From Callorhinchus milii (taxonomy: Eukaryota): a DNA stretch of 64,000 nucleotides. Shown here in pieces: positions 38,400-51,959 of this stretch (position 1 is its first letter; every line of letters begins with the position of its first letter). Both the position numbers and the translations under genes were made by a program. The notes under the pieces were generated by a model. That model was not told where the DNA came from, searched no databases, and worked only from the letters and a program-made list of their open reading frames with translations. The stretch spans positions 101,248,001 through 101,312,000 of the forward strand of contig NW_024704742.1 in assembly GCF_018977255.1 (NCBI RefSeq), written 5' to 3'.

Positions 38400-38800
38400 G
38401 TAATAATCCTGCACCTTTAATGTTGGTTGGGAGGACCATTCAAAGCGCAGGATTTACTGTGCAGTGTAGTGACTGCATATTCCATAGGCAAACGCAGAAG
38501 CCAATTTTTCCACAGCTATGTCCCACAAACATTGATGAAATAAATGACTTTTTTATTGAAGGGATTGTTGGATAAGACATCAGGAGAAATTGTCTTCTTT
38601 TTCAAATAGAACCATGGGATCTTTAATGTCTACCTGAACAGGTAGACAGAACTTCAGTTTAAGGACAGCATCTCCAGCAATGCAGCACAATCCCAGTACT
38701 CCATTATAGTGTCAGGCTGACTGTGTGAGTTCAAAGTCTTGACGTGGGGCTTGAACCCACAACCTTTTAACTTAAGAGGCACGAGCTAGGCTAACACCTA
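38400..38800 (-). mobile_element. Old Deu-domain SINE, near full length
   Basis: ccatgggatctttaatgtctacctgaacagg...cttgaacccacaacc. Confidence 0.7.
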
Positions 38801-39659
38801 ATATGTCAGCTCCAATGGAAGAGTTAGCACCATTATCGACCAAAATGTTTCCTTCTGTGCTGCAATTTCTATGATTCTATTGTTCATCCTACCAGAGTGC
38901 TGCTTCTACAATGTTCATCATGTTGACAATATTATATTACAGTAATTATTTGCTGGATTATCTGGTCTATCCAGAGATGACTGATGCCTTATCATTCAGA
39001 AGAAATGAAACAGTACTATCTGATTTTGTCTCTTTCATGAAAAAGCCCAAAACAGAAACATCTTCATGTCTGTGTCACCAAAGCCAATCCATGGGCATTT
39101 GCAATATCATCAAAACGCATTGTGCTTTTTTAAAAAAAAATCTAAGTCTCAGTTTTGCACTTTACAGCTAACTTTTTGGGAGAGGTCATCCTGTGTGCAG
39201 TGATGATTATTCACTGATAGCACTTAGCAGAAAATTGGCTTGGGTGTTAAGTCTATTTTGTCCATTATTGCTGCTAAACTGGATTTGCACTGAAAATTAA
39301 TCGTAGTCATAAAATGTCACTGGCCAAGTAGAAAGTCAGCAATTAAACTGATAATTAAGCATTGGAATAAAACAAGTAAAATTCTGCATTACTTTCTTGA
39401 ACACCACACATGTGGGTAAATGAGGTGAAATCCAAGTAAGGTTTAATTCATCCCTGGGTGCGAGTAATGCAAAGGGATTCAAATCAGCTGTATTCTGTTT
39501 TTGATAAGCTCGTCGGTTTCTAATTTTAACTGATCAAAGCTGAGATAATTTGGGTTTTTCAATTCTAATTGAATAAAATGGATTGCGTTAAACTTTTCAA
39601 TGTATTTGTTTATGATTTTGAACTACAAAAATGGCGAACTGAATTGCAAGGTCCCCTAT

Positions 39660-40262
39660 TGACTTCACCATGGACATCACTTCATGTAGGAATATTTAGG
39701 ATCCATAGGATCTTTAGCATCCAACAGAACAGGCAAATGGGACATTTGTACAATTTCTCATCCAAAGGATGGTAATTCTGACAATGCAGCCCCAGCATTG
39801 CACTGCAATGTCAACCTAGACTACGGACAAAGCTCAGTTGCATAATAATAATTCTTGCATTTGATATAGCATTTTATCATGTAGTTGAGACAACGCAAAG
39901 CTCTTCACAGAATATCCTGTAAAGTGAATTGACTGTATTTTGTGGGTGAAACATAGCTATTTCCAAATCAAACCAAATCCCAGACTATCCAGTGGTTTGG
40001 GAAGTCTTTTGTGAAAATCGCTATACAAATGTAATTTTGTATTGTATTGTATTTAAGGGAGTTTCTTCCGGTGTCCTGGCCAACATACCCAAAATAAAAT
40101 TGATCATTCATCTCATGGCTGTTTGTGGGGCAAAAATGACTGCTGTGTTTGCCCACAAAAATACACAGTCACTTCAATTTACAATATAATTTGTGAAGGA
40201 TTTGGAGACATTCCCCCGATGTGAAAGGCGACAAATCAAATGTAATGATTATTATTATTATA
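39660..40262. mobile_element. Cluster of SINE and L2 tail fragments in both orientations
   Basis: Minus Deu core 39700-39830, minus tail 39843-39955, plus L2 tail about 39985-40050, plus Deu 3' half 40055-40262. Confidence 0.6.
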
Positions 40263-40840
40263 TAATTGTTAGTCTGCCAGGTGGTGTATAGAAACATCTG
40301 ATTTTGTGGGGTGACCAGATCTACATTTATTTACTTAACAATTTAATGCTGAGTATAATATTATTACAGTATATTAATTCCCAGTTGACATGGAAAAGTG
40401 CCTTTTTGACCGAATGAAATCTTTTTCATATTCATATATTTTTTCACTAAAATATTAAGTTCATGTTCATGAGCTGTGGTTTATTGTTTAATAGTGTTTT
40501 GCAAGCTATTGCTGCCAGTGGAAATAAAAGTTGGGATATAACAAAGGTTGACTCAGTCCTTTCCTATTCTTCAGCAGATTAATTTGCATGATTACATCTG
40601 CGATTCCATTGCCACCAATAAAGCAAATCATTAGCAGGGTAAATTAAGTTTGAGAGTTCAAGTAATACTGTGATAGGGTATACTAATATGCTGGATTGAA
40701 CATCCAAATACTCTGAATGCCTTCATATTGCTCAATCCCATCCCAAAAAGTCCCATCAGTTTACAAACGACAGTAATCAGTGAAAGTCCACTAACTCAGA
40801 AAAAAAATCTTCTTTTCTCTACTCTTTCAACCATCTAGAG

Positions 40841-40982
40841 CAGTGGTGGCCAACTTGTGGCCCATAGGCCAGAAGTGGCCCACGGGCTCGTCAAGAAGTA
40901 ACCCCCCCCCATCCCCGAATCCCCAAATATTCACATTAGTCTAGGAATGCCCGTGTTCGATCATAAAATTTGGCCACCACTG
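40841..40982. mobile_element. hAT (Charlie-type) MITE, 142 bp
   Basis: Perfect 13-bp TIRs cagtggtggccaa/ttggccaccactg and an 8-bp TSD atctagag/atctagac (7/8) matching the NTCTAGAN target preference. Confidence 0.88.
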
Positions 40983-41469
40983 ATCTAGACATCAACTTTA
41001 ATTCCAGATTGTTCACTTTTACATTGATTCTCTGACCCTCACCCAACTCCCCTTTCTCATCGGAAGTGAGTCATTCTTTGTTTATGTGGACTTTTTCTAA
41101 GAACAGGATAAATTAGCGCATGGGACAGCAGTGCCTCTGACAACAAGGGAATATTGGTTTTCGTTTGTTGCTATCAGGAAGGCAGAGAGAAAACATATCA
41201 TTAGCTTTCACATCTGAGGATAGCAGCTTGTTCTCCCACTCCCAACAGATGTCTAGGGATGATGATATAAAGCCAAAACGGATGCTAAAAGTTCACCTTT
41301 CCACAGCTGTTGCACTTTTATTCAGCAGGTCCTGGAAATCCAGAAGACCTTCTCTTGATTTGTCTGCCACAAACAGTTGCTCCCCTCTTTATTAAAAAGT
41401 CTGAAAGTCAGAGTCTCAGGTTAAGGTCATAGTTGTCTGCAGTTCTTAGCAACTGTACCTTGTCCATGT

Positions 41470-42540
41470 GTCTATTTTTCTTGTATGATCCTAGACAATA
41501 AGTGCCAGCAAGCTATCAGAATGATTTGGGGCAAGAAAGCTGATCCTAACCCTATCTTCTCCTGCACACGTTCCAGCATGATTCATTGGATAGTGATCAG
41601 GAGCAAGAACTCCTCACTCATACTTCTCCCATCCCCAACCAGAGAATACTCACAAGATCATGAGATAATATAAATTATATTATTTATTATAATATCATGA
41701 GATCACAAGATCAGCTTGGATAAAGACTCCTATCTTATCCGTCCAGAACACTTATCTTACTATCCCTCACTCCCCTACCCTTCCTCCCACCCCCCATAAC
41801 AACATCAAGCTGCTTTTTAAATGAGCCTAGTGTCTTGGCTTCAACTATCCTTCCTGGCAACCTGTTGCAGTCGTTTATTACCATCTGAGTAAAGAAAAGC
41901 TTTACAACTCTAAACCTTCGTTCTTTTGCTTCCTCCTACCTCTCCGACCTACTATCCCCTTACTTACCTGCCCGTACCCTCCGTTCCTCTGGCTCCGGTC
42001 TGCTCCACATCCCCTGCCCTAACCGCCCTACCATCGTTGGCCGGGCTTTCAGCCTCTCAGCCCCTAGGCTCTGGAACTCCATGCCCCAGTGCCTTCGCCT
42101 TGCTTCCTCCCTTTCTTCCTTCAAGGCCGGTCTCAAGACCTTTCTCTTCAACCGTGCCTTCATCTCCCCTCTCGACTCTCTACCCCCTCCTCGCTCCCTC
42201 CCTTCCCTCCCCTCACCCTGACCATTTCCCCCTGCTCGGGTCCCGACCCAACTGTCCAGCGCCTTAGGATATCCTCCCGACGTGAAAGGCGCTCTATAAA
42301 TGCAATCTTGTTGTTGTTGTTGTTGTTGTTTTATTCTAGTTTCTGTGTGCATCCTACAGTAGTGTGAGGGTTTTCATTTTGAATCTATTTAAAATTTTAT
42401 ACACTTGAGGCCAATCATAGTACCCAACTCCAAACCCAGCTGAGATCAGCTAACTTACACAGAAAACAATAAAACCTAGGTCCTTCCTGCTTTATGGCTT
42501 TGTTTCACGATAGATAGTGACTTTACCAATTTAAATCATC
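41470..42540 (-). mobile_element. Third SINE-like family copy containing a CR1 (41651-41925, 42335-42403), itself split by an L2
   Basis: SINE body gatagtgatcaggagcaagaa... resumes at tgaggccaatcatagta...cagctgagatcagctaact. CR1 tail (cacaagat) on the left and tttaaaattttatacact (VYKIL) on the right. Confidence 0.65.
41926..42330 (+). mobile_element. Young L2 3' end
   Basis: Nearly identical to the reverse complement of about 17299-17690, with a (ttg)n tail. Confidence 0.95.
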
Positions 42541-42811
42541 ATTTCAGCCAATCAGTTATAACATTTGGTAGATCTTGTTCTCATAGTCAAAAGTCCATGA
42601 GTAAATCTTTAATGTGAAGCAGAACATATGACATTTTGGAATGACCTAATAGTTAGATGTATCCTCAGCCTAGTTGAGTTGGTGGTAGTTGTGTTATTAA
42701 CAATAAAAATAATAATCATAATGATCCTTGCATTTGATATAGCACCTGTCTTGTCGATGAGACGTCTCAAAGGATTTATTGTAAAGTGTATTGTACACCT
42801 GCAGGATGTGT

Positions 42812-43655
42812 AAACTCTCTGCTGCTGAATGTGGACAAGATGGAAGCCATACTCCTTGGCTCCCGTCAACGTCTTCACTCCTGCGGATCTAAACTCCCCA
42901 ACCTCCCTGGGATCTCCCTCAGACTCACCGAATCAGTGCACAATCTAGGCCTCCAGTTCAACCCCCAGCTTTCCTTCCTCCCCCCATCTGGTCCCTGACC
43001 AGGACCACCTTTTTCCACCTCAGCCACATTGCCCACCTCAGACCGTACTTACCCAAAATGCAGCCGAAACCCTTGTGCATGCGTTTGTCACCTCCTGCCT
43101 GGATTACTCAAATGCACTCCTCACCGGTATTCAAAACATCCAGCTCATTCAGAACTGTGCCGCTCGCATACTTACCCTGACCAGACTCTGTACCCACATC
43201 TCACCAGTTCTGGCCAGGCTCCACTGGCTCCACATCACCGAACAGATAAGACTTCAAGATCCTCACACTCGTGTTCAAATCCCTTCACACTCCAGCACCT
43301 CCCTTCCTCTCCGACCTTCTCATTCCCTAATGCACCACCAGCGCCTCGGCTCGACTGACACTGGCCCCCTACTCGTCCCTTGCATCCTCCACCCCACCAT
43401 CGGAGGTCGCACTTTCAGCTACTATGCCCCGAAACTCTGGAACACTCTCCCTCAATCCTTCAGCCTTGACCCCTCTCTCCCCTTTTTCAAGTTCTGCCTG
43501 AAAACTTTCCTCTTCGACCATGATTACAGCCACCTCCCCCCCAACACCTCCCACCCCCCGCATCCTCTGGGTTGGAGTTAGGCTCCGACACTGTTAAGCA
43601 CTCTGAGATGCTACCCTGCATGGAGGGCACTATATAAGTGCAAGTTGTTATTATT
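42812..43655 (+). mobile_element. L2 (second family) 3' fragment
   Basis: LNVDKMEAILLGSRQRL...HAFVTSCLDYSNALL...FKFCLKTFLF. Colinear with 7050-7710. Confidence 0.92.
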
Positions 43656-43664
43656 GTAGTGATT

Positions 43665-43812
43665 GTCTTTTCGTAGGTGAAAGTAGCAGCCAATTTGTCC
43701 ACAGGAAAGTCCTGCAAATAGCCATGAAGTGAATAAACAATTTTAATTGGGGGAACGTTGGCCAAGACACCAGGAGAAACTCCCTTTTATTTCGAATAGT
43801 GCCCTGGGATGG
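43665..43812 (-). mobile_element. Deu-domain SINE fragment
   Basis: gcagccaatttgtccacagg...ttggccaagacaccaggagaaactccc. Confidence 0.65.
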
Positions 43813-45134
43813 TATTGCCTTCAAAACTATTGCCTTACTCACTGCCCTGCCATTGAGCTCTTCATTTCAGCTGTAATTCATGAGGAGACAACCACCAGGA
43901 AGACTCCTTACAGCAATTCAAGCCTGAAGTCTCTACCAAACTATTCTTGTAAAGCTACTAAGGACCATAGTCTGAAAGCAGCCACTCAACCACACAAGCT
44001 CCATGGCCTAAAAGAGGAAAACAGCAAATGGGAAAAAGAAGGATTGTACCCTTAAGGGTTGTATTCCATAGAGTTTCAAACCAAAGACAGATCTGAGATC
44101 GGCTAAGCCCATCATAACATAAGAACATACTGCATTCAGTGAAGACACTTACTGCTAATTCACTTTTTAATTACCATACTGCAGCGAAATACCATGATGC
44201 AGAACATTTGAAAAGTGTGCTTAGGAAATCTGACACTACAGCATTAACCATTTCTTAAAATCAAATCACCATGTAAAAGGTTCTAGATGTTTAGAATTTC
44301 AGGACTATGCCCAAGTATCAATGATGTGTCTCTTTCTTCTACTATTGTATGATTGTATTTGCGGAAATAGGCAAACTGTTGTTTTCAGGGGTTTGGTGCA
44401 ATTTTTTATTATAGAATTATAATGATGTGTTCATCTTAATGGGAGGTGGAAAGCATTTTCTCTCTAACATATATAATAAATGCAATAAGCTCCAGAAGAA
44501 CTGGGAAAGCTGCAGCAAATCCCACAGAGTGAATGCTGAATCCCCAGCAGTGATGGATTTAGTCAAATATGTGAAAATCACTAAATATGATCCAATTAAT
44601 TCTTAATATCGAAATTCACCACCCAATCCATTTGGGTTATTTGCAGAGTCAATGGGAGCTGAGTGGGAAGAATGCTTGACCAAGTGACTAGTCTGCCAAT
44701 GAGACAGATTGGCTTGTCCGTTACCATTATTGTTGTTATCAGCAGTGCCTTGGAGCCCTGTGTACCTGCCTGGCTCATAAAACAAACAACCGCCACAGAG
44801 CATTGACTTGATTCTGGCATTCTGTTGGGCTTGGAGCCAGCTTAGCTCCAAGGAGACCCGCTTACCTCCCCCCAAGAAGCATATTGCTTTTTTAGTCACT
44901 GACTGGGAGATAAACAAATGTAAGGCAAAATGTGCTTGAGCAAGTCCAGATTTTTATAGCATGATCAATGGCTTTTGCACCACATGCCAGCAAATTTTAT
45001 ATCTTATGTTGTGTTCCTAGCCTGGGTCATACCCCACCATGTATACTGTTGAATTTTCAGATGTGAGAAAACTTGCATTGCAGATGTGAAGGTTCTATTC
45101 CCACATTATCTTGATTCATGTTATTATATTTTAC

Positions 45135-45530
45135 AATCATAGAAAGTACAGCACAGGAAACCGTTCAGCCAATTAAACCTTTGCAATGCTAAACCTTTTT
45201 CTGGAGCTCCATATTCTATTCACAATTTCCTACTCTGTCCTTGCACCCTTTTATATCCAGTTACTTATTCAATTCCTTTTGAAATGTTGTTATGGTTTTG
45301 GTTTCAATTTCTTAATAATAATAATCCTTTCATTTGGTGTAGCACCTATCAATTCAGGAGGATAGTTACAGAATATATTTCTAAAGTGGAGTGACTCTTT
45401 GTTTTGTGGGTGAGTACAGCAGCCAACTTGTACACAGCAATGTTCCACAACAGCCATGGATTAAAAGACCAATTTTATTTAGGGGTTTGTTGGCCAGAAC
45501 ACCGGGAGAAAATCCCTTCTCTTTTCAGAC
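45135..45530 (-). mobile_element. CR1 tail (45135-45290) followed by a Deu SINE 3' half (45315-45530)
   Basis: atcatagaaagtacagcacagg..., then (aat)n...cagccaacttgtacacagcaatg. Confidence 0.55.
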
Positions 45531-46184
45531 AGTAGTGAATAGAAGTGATTGTAAAGGGCGGCCTGAGAGCACTCTGTTCCACATTTCAGTCTCAAGGTAT
45601 GAAAAGAAAACAAGGTGCCTCGCTCCAGCAATGGAAGTGGAAAAGAAAATCAGGTTGACTCATTCCCACATACGTCCTAAGTATTGACTGAAGTCTCTGT
45701 GTGCCTGCCTGCCCTTTCCAGCTTTTAGAGATATTTATTATCCTTGTTTGACCCAGTTACCTTTTTCGCACATGGAAGTGAGGAGGAGTACAGCTTGCCA
45801 TGGACTATTAGTTAGAATTAAATGAGGATTTGAGGCTCAGTATTATCTATAAGGACAGAAGCAACTAACAAAAAATGTTTTTTAAGCACTGGTCTGATAA
45901 ATTTAAAGGGGCACTATCCTCTGCATGATACATGATAGACTACACTTTAGTATACATGCATTCTTAAAATAGAGTCATGGGTGTCTATTTTAAAATGGAG
46001 TGATAGGTGATATTTTACACATTGTGTAAACTTGACTTACAAGTATTTGCGCAACGTGCACAATGGAGCCATTTTCCTTGTCAGAATTCTATGACAGATT
46101 GTATGTACAACAACAACTTGCATTTATATAGTGCCCTTCACAAGGGGTAGCATCCCGGAGTGCTTCATGCATATATCATTATAA

Positions 46185-46545
46185 GATGTAAGCCTAGTTG
46201 TTAGGACTCTTGCCTCTGTGTCAAAACATTGTGGGTTCAAGCCTCGCACTGGGGCTTTGAGCTCATAGTTCAGGCAGATACTCAATACAGTGTTGGGGGA
46301 ATGCTGCCTTGATAGAGGTGCCATCTTTCAGATGAGACATTAAACCGAGGACTTAACTGCCTGTTCAGATAGTCTGTTAAAGGTTCTGGGATACTATTCA
46401 GAAAAGAGAAGTGAGCTTTTCATGGTTTCCCAAACAACAAACAGCCAAATAAAGTTGGTCATTCATTCCATGATTGTCTGTGAGATATTGCTGTGTGCAA
46501 ATTAGCTGTTGCAATTATTTACAATGACAAGGATTATTATTATAT
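46185..46545 (+). mobile_element. Old Deu-domain SINE
   Basis: gggttcaagcc B box and gaggtgccatctttcagatgagacattaaaccgagg core. Confidence 0.75.
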
Positions 46546-48404
46546 GAACTTGAGGTCTTATTTTGATTCTCTCATCTGCTCCTTTAAGCTCCCAATATCA
46601 TGCATCATCCTTACTCCCGGTCTCTAATAATACTATGTTGAAGCTTGGACATTAGAAAATATGCATAAGAAAGCTGATTTCTCCTCTCAATGTTTAAAGT
46701 GTTTGTGCGCTACCCACTGTCTCCCCACAGTGAAAATCAGTTTGTATGGGCCATGAACTCACGTTCTACTAATGCATGGGAATCTGCAACACTACATCAC
46801 CCTTACAGTTAGACACCTTAACCAAATTGATAAAATGACCAGAAGATAAAGGACCTACTTTGGAAATTACAAAGAGATTACAAGTCCACAAGATTTGTCT
46901 GGATGAAGAAAGCCCTTCAGCCCATCCGATCTCATCTCTCCAGAGCACCCTCCCTACTATCCTCCCCATCACTACATGCCTTTTAAGTCAATGTATTTAA
47001 CTTAAAAAGATAATTTAATAAATACGTAAAGACCATGATGAACCAAATGACCTCCTTTTGTGCTGCAAACATTGCTTGGATCTATGACTATTGTGATGAC
47101 TGCTTAAGGGACAATGACGTGCGCAAATTGGCATTAGCCTACAAATACAGCACACTTTACAGTCACTACACTTTTCAGTAAATAATGTGAAGCGATTTGA
47201 TGTCTCGACGACATGATATACCATTTAATATTATTATTATCAAGAATTATTACTATGTTTCTATGTTACTATATTACTATCATGTGTATTACTTGCTGCA
47301 TTACTTTTTCAGCAGCGTAATTCCGGTGCGGAAACTGCTGCCCCCCCGCCCCACCCCATTATGCCACATTATTTTGACACAGGCTCACAATAATCCATAT
47401 CTTGCATTTTCTCAGTCACCTTGTGCCTCTTGTTGGGAGGACCAAGGTAAGAGCCTGAAAAGAAAGGAAGCCTGGAAAAAAAAACAGGGGTAGGGCCCCT
47501 CAACCAGAGGAGATAGTAGGGGTTAATATGTGCTGTTCAGTGACACCTGTTAACCTATTGTTCCACATTGTAATGAGATTTTCCATTATAAGTGAGGAAC
47601 GAAATGTTCAGAATTACAAAAGAGTGGCTTATACTGCACTAATAGAGTGCAAATAAATTACAAAAATAATCAACCAGCAAAACAGAATAGTCAGCAAATG
47701 AATGCTGACACATCTAGAAAAAAACACTGTATCACTGCCAAACTCCTCTTCAGCCAGTTTCTGAAAAACTCTAAAACACTTGTTTTTTAACAATAAATAT
47801 TTTAAAAATGAAGTTTGTACTTGTTGTGGTTGAAATAAGATATAAGAAATGATCTCATTTCTGAAACATCAACTGTACTGAGGAAATGTTTCCAAATTAT
47901 ATCCAACAAACTACAAAAGAAAAATATTTAAAAAATCAGAATGAGATATTAGAAAGAAATCACCTAAACAATATTAAAGCTAACAGAGCCTCTTTTTAAT
48001 CAGTTACGTCTACAGAACAGCTTCTCATAGTAAGACTTTCTTTTTAATAATATAATTTCACAAGTTAGGCAGAGCGTATAAATCATTTGAAATTCTCAGG
48101 GGTTTTGTTGAGGGTTTGCTGTTGGGGAAACTGCAGTTTCACAAAGCAGCTGGAACATGGAAAAACATTTTTTTAAACATTAATTTTATCCTTAAAACAT
48201 TAAGAACCAAGCTAAGCTGTTAACAATGCAATTCATCCTTGCCAATGAGAGATGTTCAGTCACAGCCCATGGTGAGGTGTTTACTGCTGAATGCTTGTTC
48301 AAAGAATGTTTACAGCACATAGGAAGGACATTTGCCCCATTCCATCTTCGCTGTCACTCACTCCCCCAAATAAGATGGGTTTGAACCAACAGTCAGTGAG
48401 GACA

Positions 48405-49020
48405 ACAACTAACCATTACATAGTGCCTTCCAAATAGAAAAATGTCTGAAAGTACTTTGCAGACATGAAGTGGGAGCCTGAACAGAATAGCAAATGGAGG
48501 TTGGAGAGAGGCGACTGAAAGCAGAGAGGTAGGATTTTAGAAGTGTTTTGAAAGCTGAGAGAGAGGGTGTGAGATGGAGTTCTTTAGGGAAAGAGTTCCA
48601 GTGAGCGAGATAAATTGGATGAAAACTCACACATCAATAGTGGGTTGAGGGGACAGGGGATTTGAAGCAGACCTGAGTTATCAGATCAGAGTTGTTGGTG
48701 GGAGTAGACCTCAAGAGACAGAATAGATCATAGAATTTTATAGTATGGAAAGAAGTCAGTCACCCATCAAGTCGGCACCTGCTCTCAGAGCAAGCTGTAT
48801 TTTCAATCCTGCTGTCCTGCCCTATCCCCATATCCTTCAAGCCTCTAACTTTCATATACCTGCCTACTTCTCCCTTGAAGTTCACAATAAACTCTTCCTC
48901 TACCATCTTACTTGGCAGGGCATTCCACATTCCAACATGTCTCTGTGCCATTGTAGGCAAGGGTGGGCAAGGCCATGAAGGCATTTGAAAGATAGAATAA
49001 AAATCTTGGAGTCACTCCGC
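48405..49020 (-). mobile_element. Degenerate L2 3' end interrupted by a CR1 3' end (about 48720-48945, minus)
   Basis: L2: WNSFPKELHLTPSLSAFKTLLKSYL. CR1: VGMWNALPSKMVEEEFIVNFKGEVGRYM with an atcatagaat tail. Confidence 0.75.
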
Positions 49021-49957
49021 CAAAGGAACATTACCAAATGTAAAGATTATTATTATTATTATTATTATTAAAAGGGCAGACCAGCTAAGCCAAGAATTTG
49101 TCCCCAATTCTCCAGCAGTGGGTTTCACTGTAAAAGGAGAAGGGTGGGAATTAAAATATCAAAACAAAACTACAGGCTTGAAAACTAACTTTCAATGCAA
49201 GGCAAGTTCTGAATGCTCACTTGCAATGCAAATAGCTAAGGCAATGATAGGAATAAACTTGATCACTATTTTAAATGTCAAAACATATTATTCTTCCCAA
49301 CTAATCTGCTGAGAATTAATATCAATGTAAAGCCTGGTCTATCTAGAGGGAAGAAGAACAAGGACATCTGGAATGCACATTTTTAGAGATGGATTTGCAC
49401 ACAAGGAATGGTTTCAGAAAGCTTGATTCATTACAAAGGGAACTTAGCTGCTCAACAAATAATTTAAACAGCTTGATAAAGATCCAGGAAGCTGCTTGAA
49501 TGCTGAGAAATGAGGTTGGCCACAATAGCAATTTCTTTATATAAACCACTCTTGTTGGTCTTGCTTTATAGTTAGAATAATCCACAGAGTACTTCTCCTA
49601 ACAAACATTCAATAAATGCAAATACTAATTTAATATTGGTGCCAAGCATCCAATAATCTATATTTCAAATCAGAAAAATGCTTCATTTACTCCCCAAACT
49701 TGAGTTTAAACATGTCTTGAGTTCATTGTCTGCTTGACAAGCTACTCTCCCTATGACCCCCCACGTTTCTCAAACAAATGTAACTGGTGACATCGTGCTC
49801 CTCTCCGTTAAGCACATATCCCGTGCTTTGCCTTTTTTATATTTTGGTACATGAGGAAGATGTTACAGCATTCTGGAAAATATTGTTTTAAACTTGATGC
49901 CACAAAATTACATTTGGATTAGAATTAGACTAGTTTAAGATCATGCATATAGAATCC

Positions 49958-50600
49958 AGCTGCCTCAGTTGATAGCAGACTTGCCTCTGATTCAGATGGA
50001 TGTGGATCCAAGCCCTACCTCAGGAGTTTGAGCTTATAATAATAATAATCCTTGCATTTGATATAGTGCCTTATCACGTCTTCGAGACGTCTCAAAGCGC
50101 TTCACAGAATATACAGGTAAAATGAATTGACTGTATATTTCATAATTCAATCCAGTGCAGGGCGAGCACTGATTGCCTGAGGTGCTGTCCTTTGGATGAG
50201 ATGAGTCCTGTAGCTCAGTGGTTAGAGCACTCGCTTTGCAAGTGAGAGACCTGAGTTCAATTCCCGGCAGAGGGCGAAATCTTGGGCAAGTTTCCTTACT
50301 CCACACAGAGCCTAATAATAATCCCTCCAAAACCAAAAACAATAATAAATTGGCCATTTTCAATCTACGACTGTTTGTGGGACATTGCTGTGCGCAATTA
50401 GCTGCCGCGTTTGCCCACAAATATACAGTCAATTCACTTTACAGTGTGTTCTGTGAAGCGCTTTGGGACGTCCTCCTGACATGAAAAGCGCTATATCAAA
50501 TGCAAGGATTATTATTATTATTATGAGGGTACATCAAGGTTCAGTTTGCCTGTTCAGGTGGGCATTACAGATCACATGGCCCCTTCGAAAAGAGCAGGGA
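49958..50600 (+). mobile_element. Old Deu SINE carrying two young insertions (minus tail 50036-50140, plus SINE 50203-50524)
   Basis: Head gcctctgattcagatgg, core gaggtgctgtcctttggatgagat, resuming ...gcctgttcaggtgggcatta after the young SINE. Confidence 0.7.
50203..50524 (+). mobile_element. Young tRNA-Ala SINE, full length
   Basis: Same head, body and tail as 36051-36378. Confidence 0.93.
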
Positions 50601-50889
50601 TATCCTGCAAAGTGCAATGACTGAATATTTGGAGAGTATTCTTTCCAAACGCAGTGATTTTGAACAACGGACTGGGAACAACAATGAATGGGGCAGAAAA
50701 TGCAACATTTCACAACAGGTTTGGTGAAATGATTATCACATTCAATGAGTATTGAATTGTCACATTTTGTATCCAAAATGTTTTAATTAAATTTTCACTA
50801 GCAAAAGGTAATGTATCCCCTTAAATAAGTCTGTAAATGATTTATTTATTTACTTCAGGAATGATAAATGTTTTGTCAAAATCTTCACT

Positions 50890-51695
50890 GGACCTATCCC
50901 TCTTTCTAATTACCAGCCCATCTCCAACTTCCCTTTTCCAAGGTCCTTGAAAGAGTCATCGTTTCTCAGCTTCGCTTCTTACTATCCTACTACTCCCTTC
51001 ACAACTCCCTCCAATTGGGTTTCCGAACAGCTCACAGCATGGAAACTGCTCTGGTCAAGGTCACAAACAACATTCTGTCCATCTGTGACCAGGGTTCCCT
51101 CTGCCTCCTCGTCCTCCTCTCTGCTGTTTTCGATACCGTAGACTTCTCCATCCTCCTCCACAGAAATTTCCTCCTTGTCGGCCTCCCCAACATTTCCCTC
51201 CATGAGCTGCAGATCACTCAGAACTAGCTGGTGTCCTCTCCTGCACCAGGCTCCATAACCCCATTAGTCCCACCCTCGCCCGGCTCCACTGGCTTCCCAT
51301 CCCTCAGAGGATAGAATTCATAATCCTCGTCCTCTCTTTCAAAGCACTCCATGGCCTTGTCCCTTCCTACCTCTCTGACCTGCTAACCGCCTATCAATCT
51401 GTCCACTCCCTCCGTTCAGCAGGCTCTGGCCTTCTCCATGTCTCCCACACACCCTACCATCGGCAGCAAGGCTTTCAGCCTCTGCCTCCACCCTTTGGAA
51501 CTTCATTCCTTGCCTCCTTCAGGGCCAGACTCAAGATCCTCCTTTTCGACCGTGCCTTCAGCCGCCCTTCTATCTCTCTGCCCTTTCTCATCCCAATCCT
51601 GCCTCCACACACTCAGGTCCTGATCCCCGACTGTTCAGCACCTCGGGACATCTTCCCGATGGAAAGGTGCTTTACAAATGTAATTTTGTTGTTGT
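50890..51695 (+). mobile_element. L2 fragment with a large internal deletion
   Basis: GFRTAHSMETALVKVTNNIL...FDTVDFSILLHR is joined directly to NFLLVGLPN, so the YADD region is absent. The tail is intact. Confidence 0.88.
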
Positions 51696-51959
51696 ATGAA
51701 CAAATATCATTATGCATGAAATTTGTATAAATTTATTAAGGACAATGTCATTGCAGAAGACTTAATGAGAATTGCCACAATGGAAGTTCTTATGTGTGAA
51801 TAATTTAATAATATGTATGTGCCATTCACTTACTAGAGGTAGAAGTGGAATGGAGACATTGGCTTTTTCACTTTGAAGACTAAAAGGATTTGGAATATTT
51901 TTTCTGGCTCAATAAAGATTATTTTTGTTGGAATGCCACACTGCTATGTTTCCCTTGTC

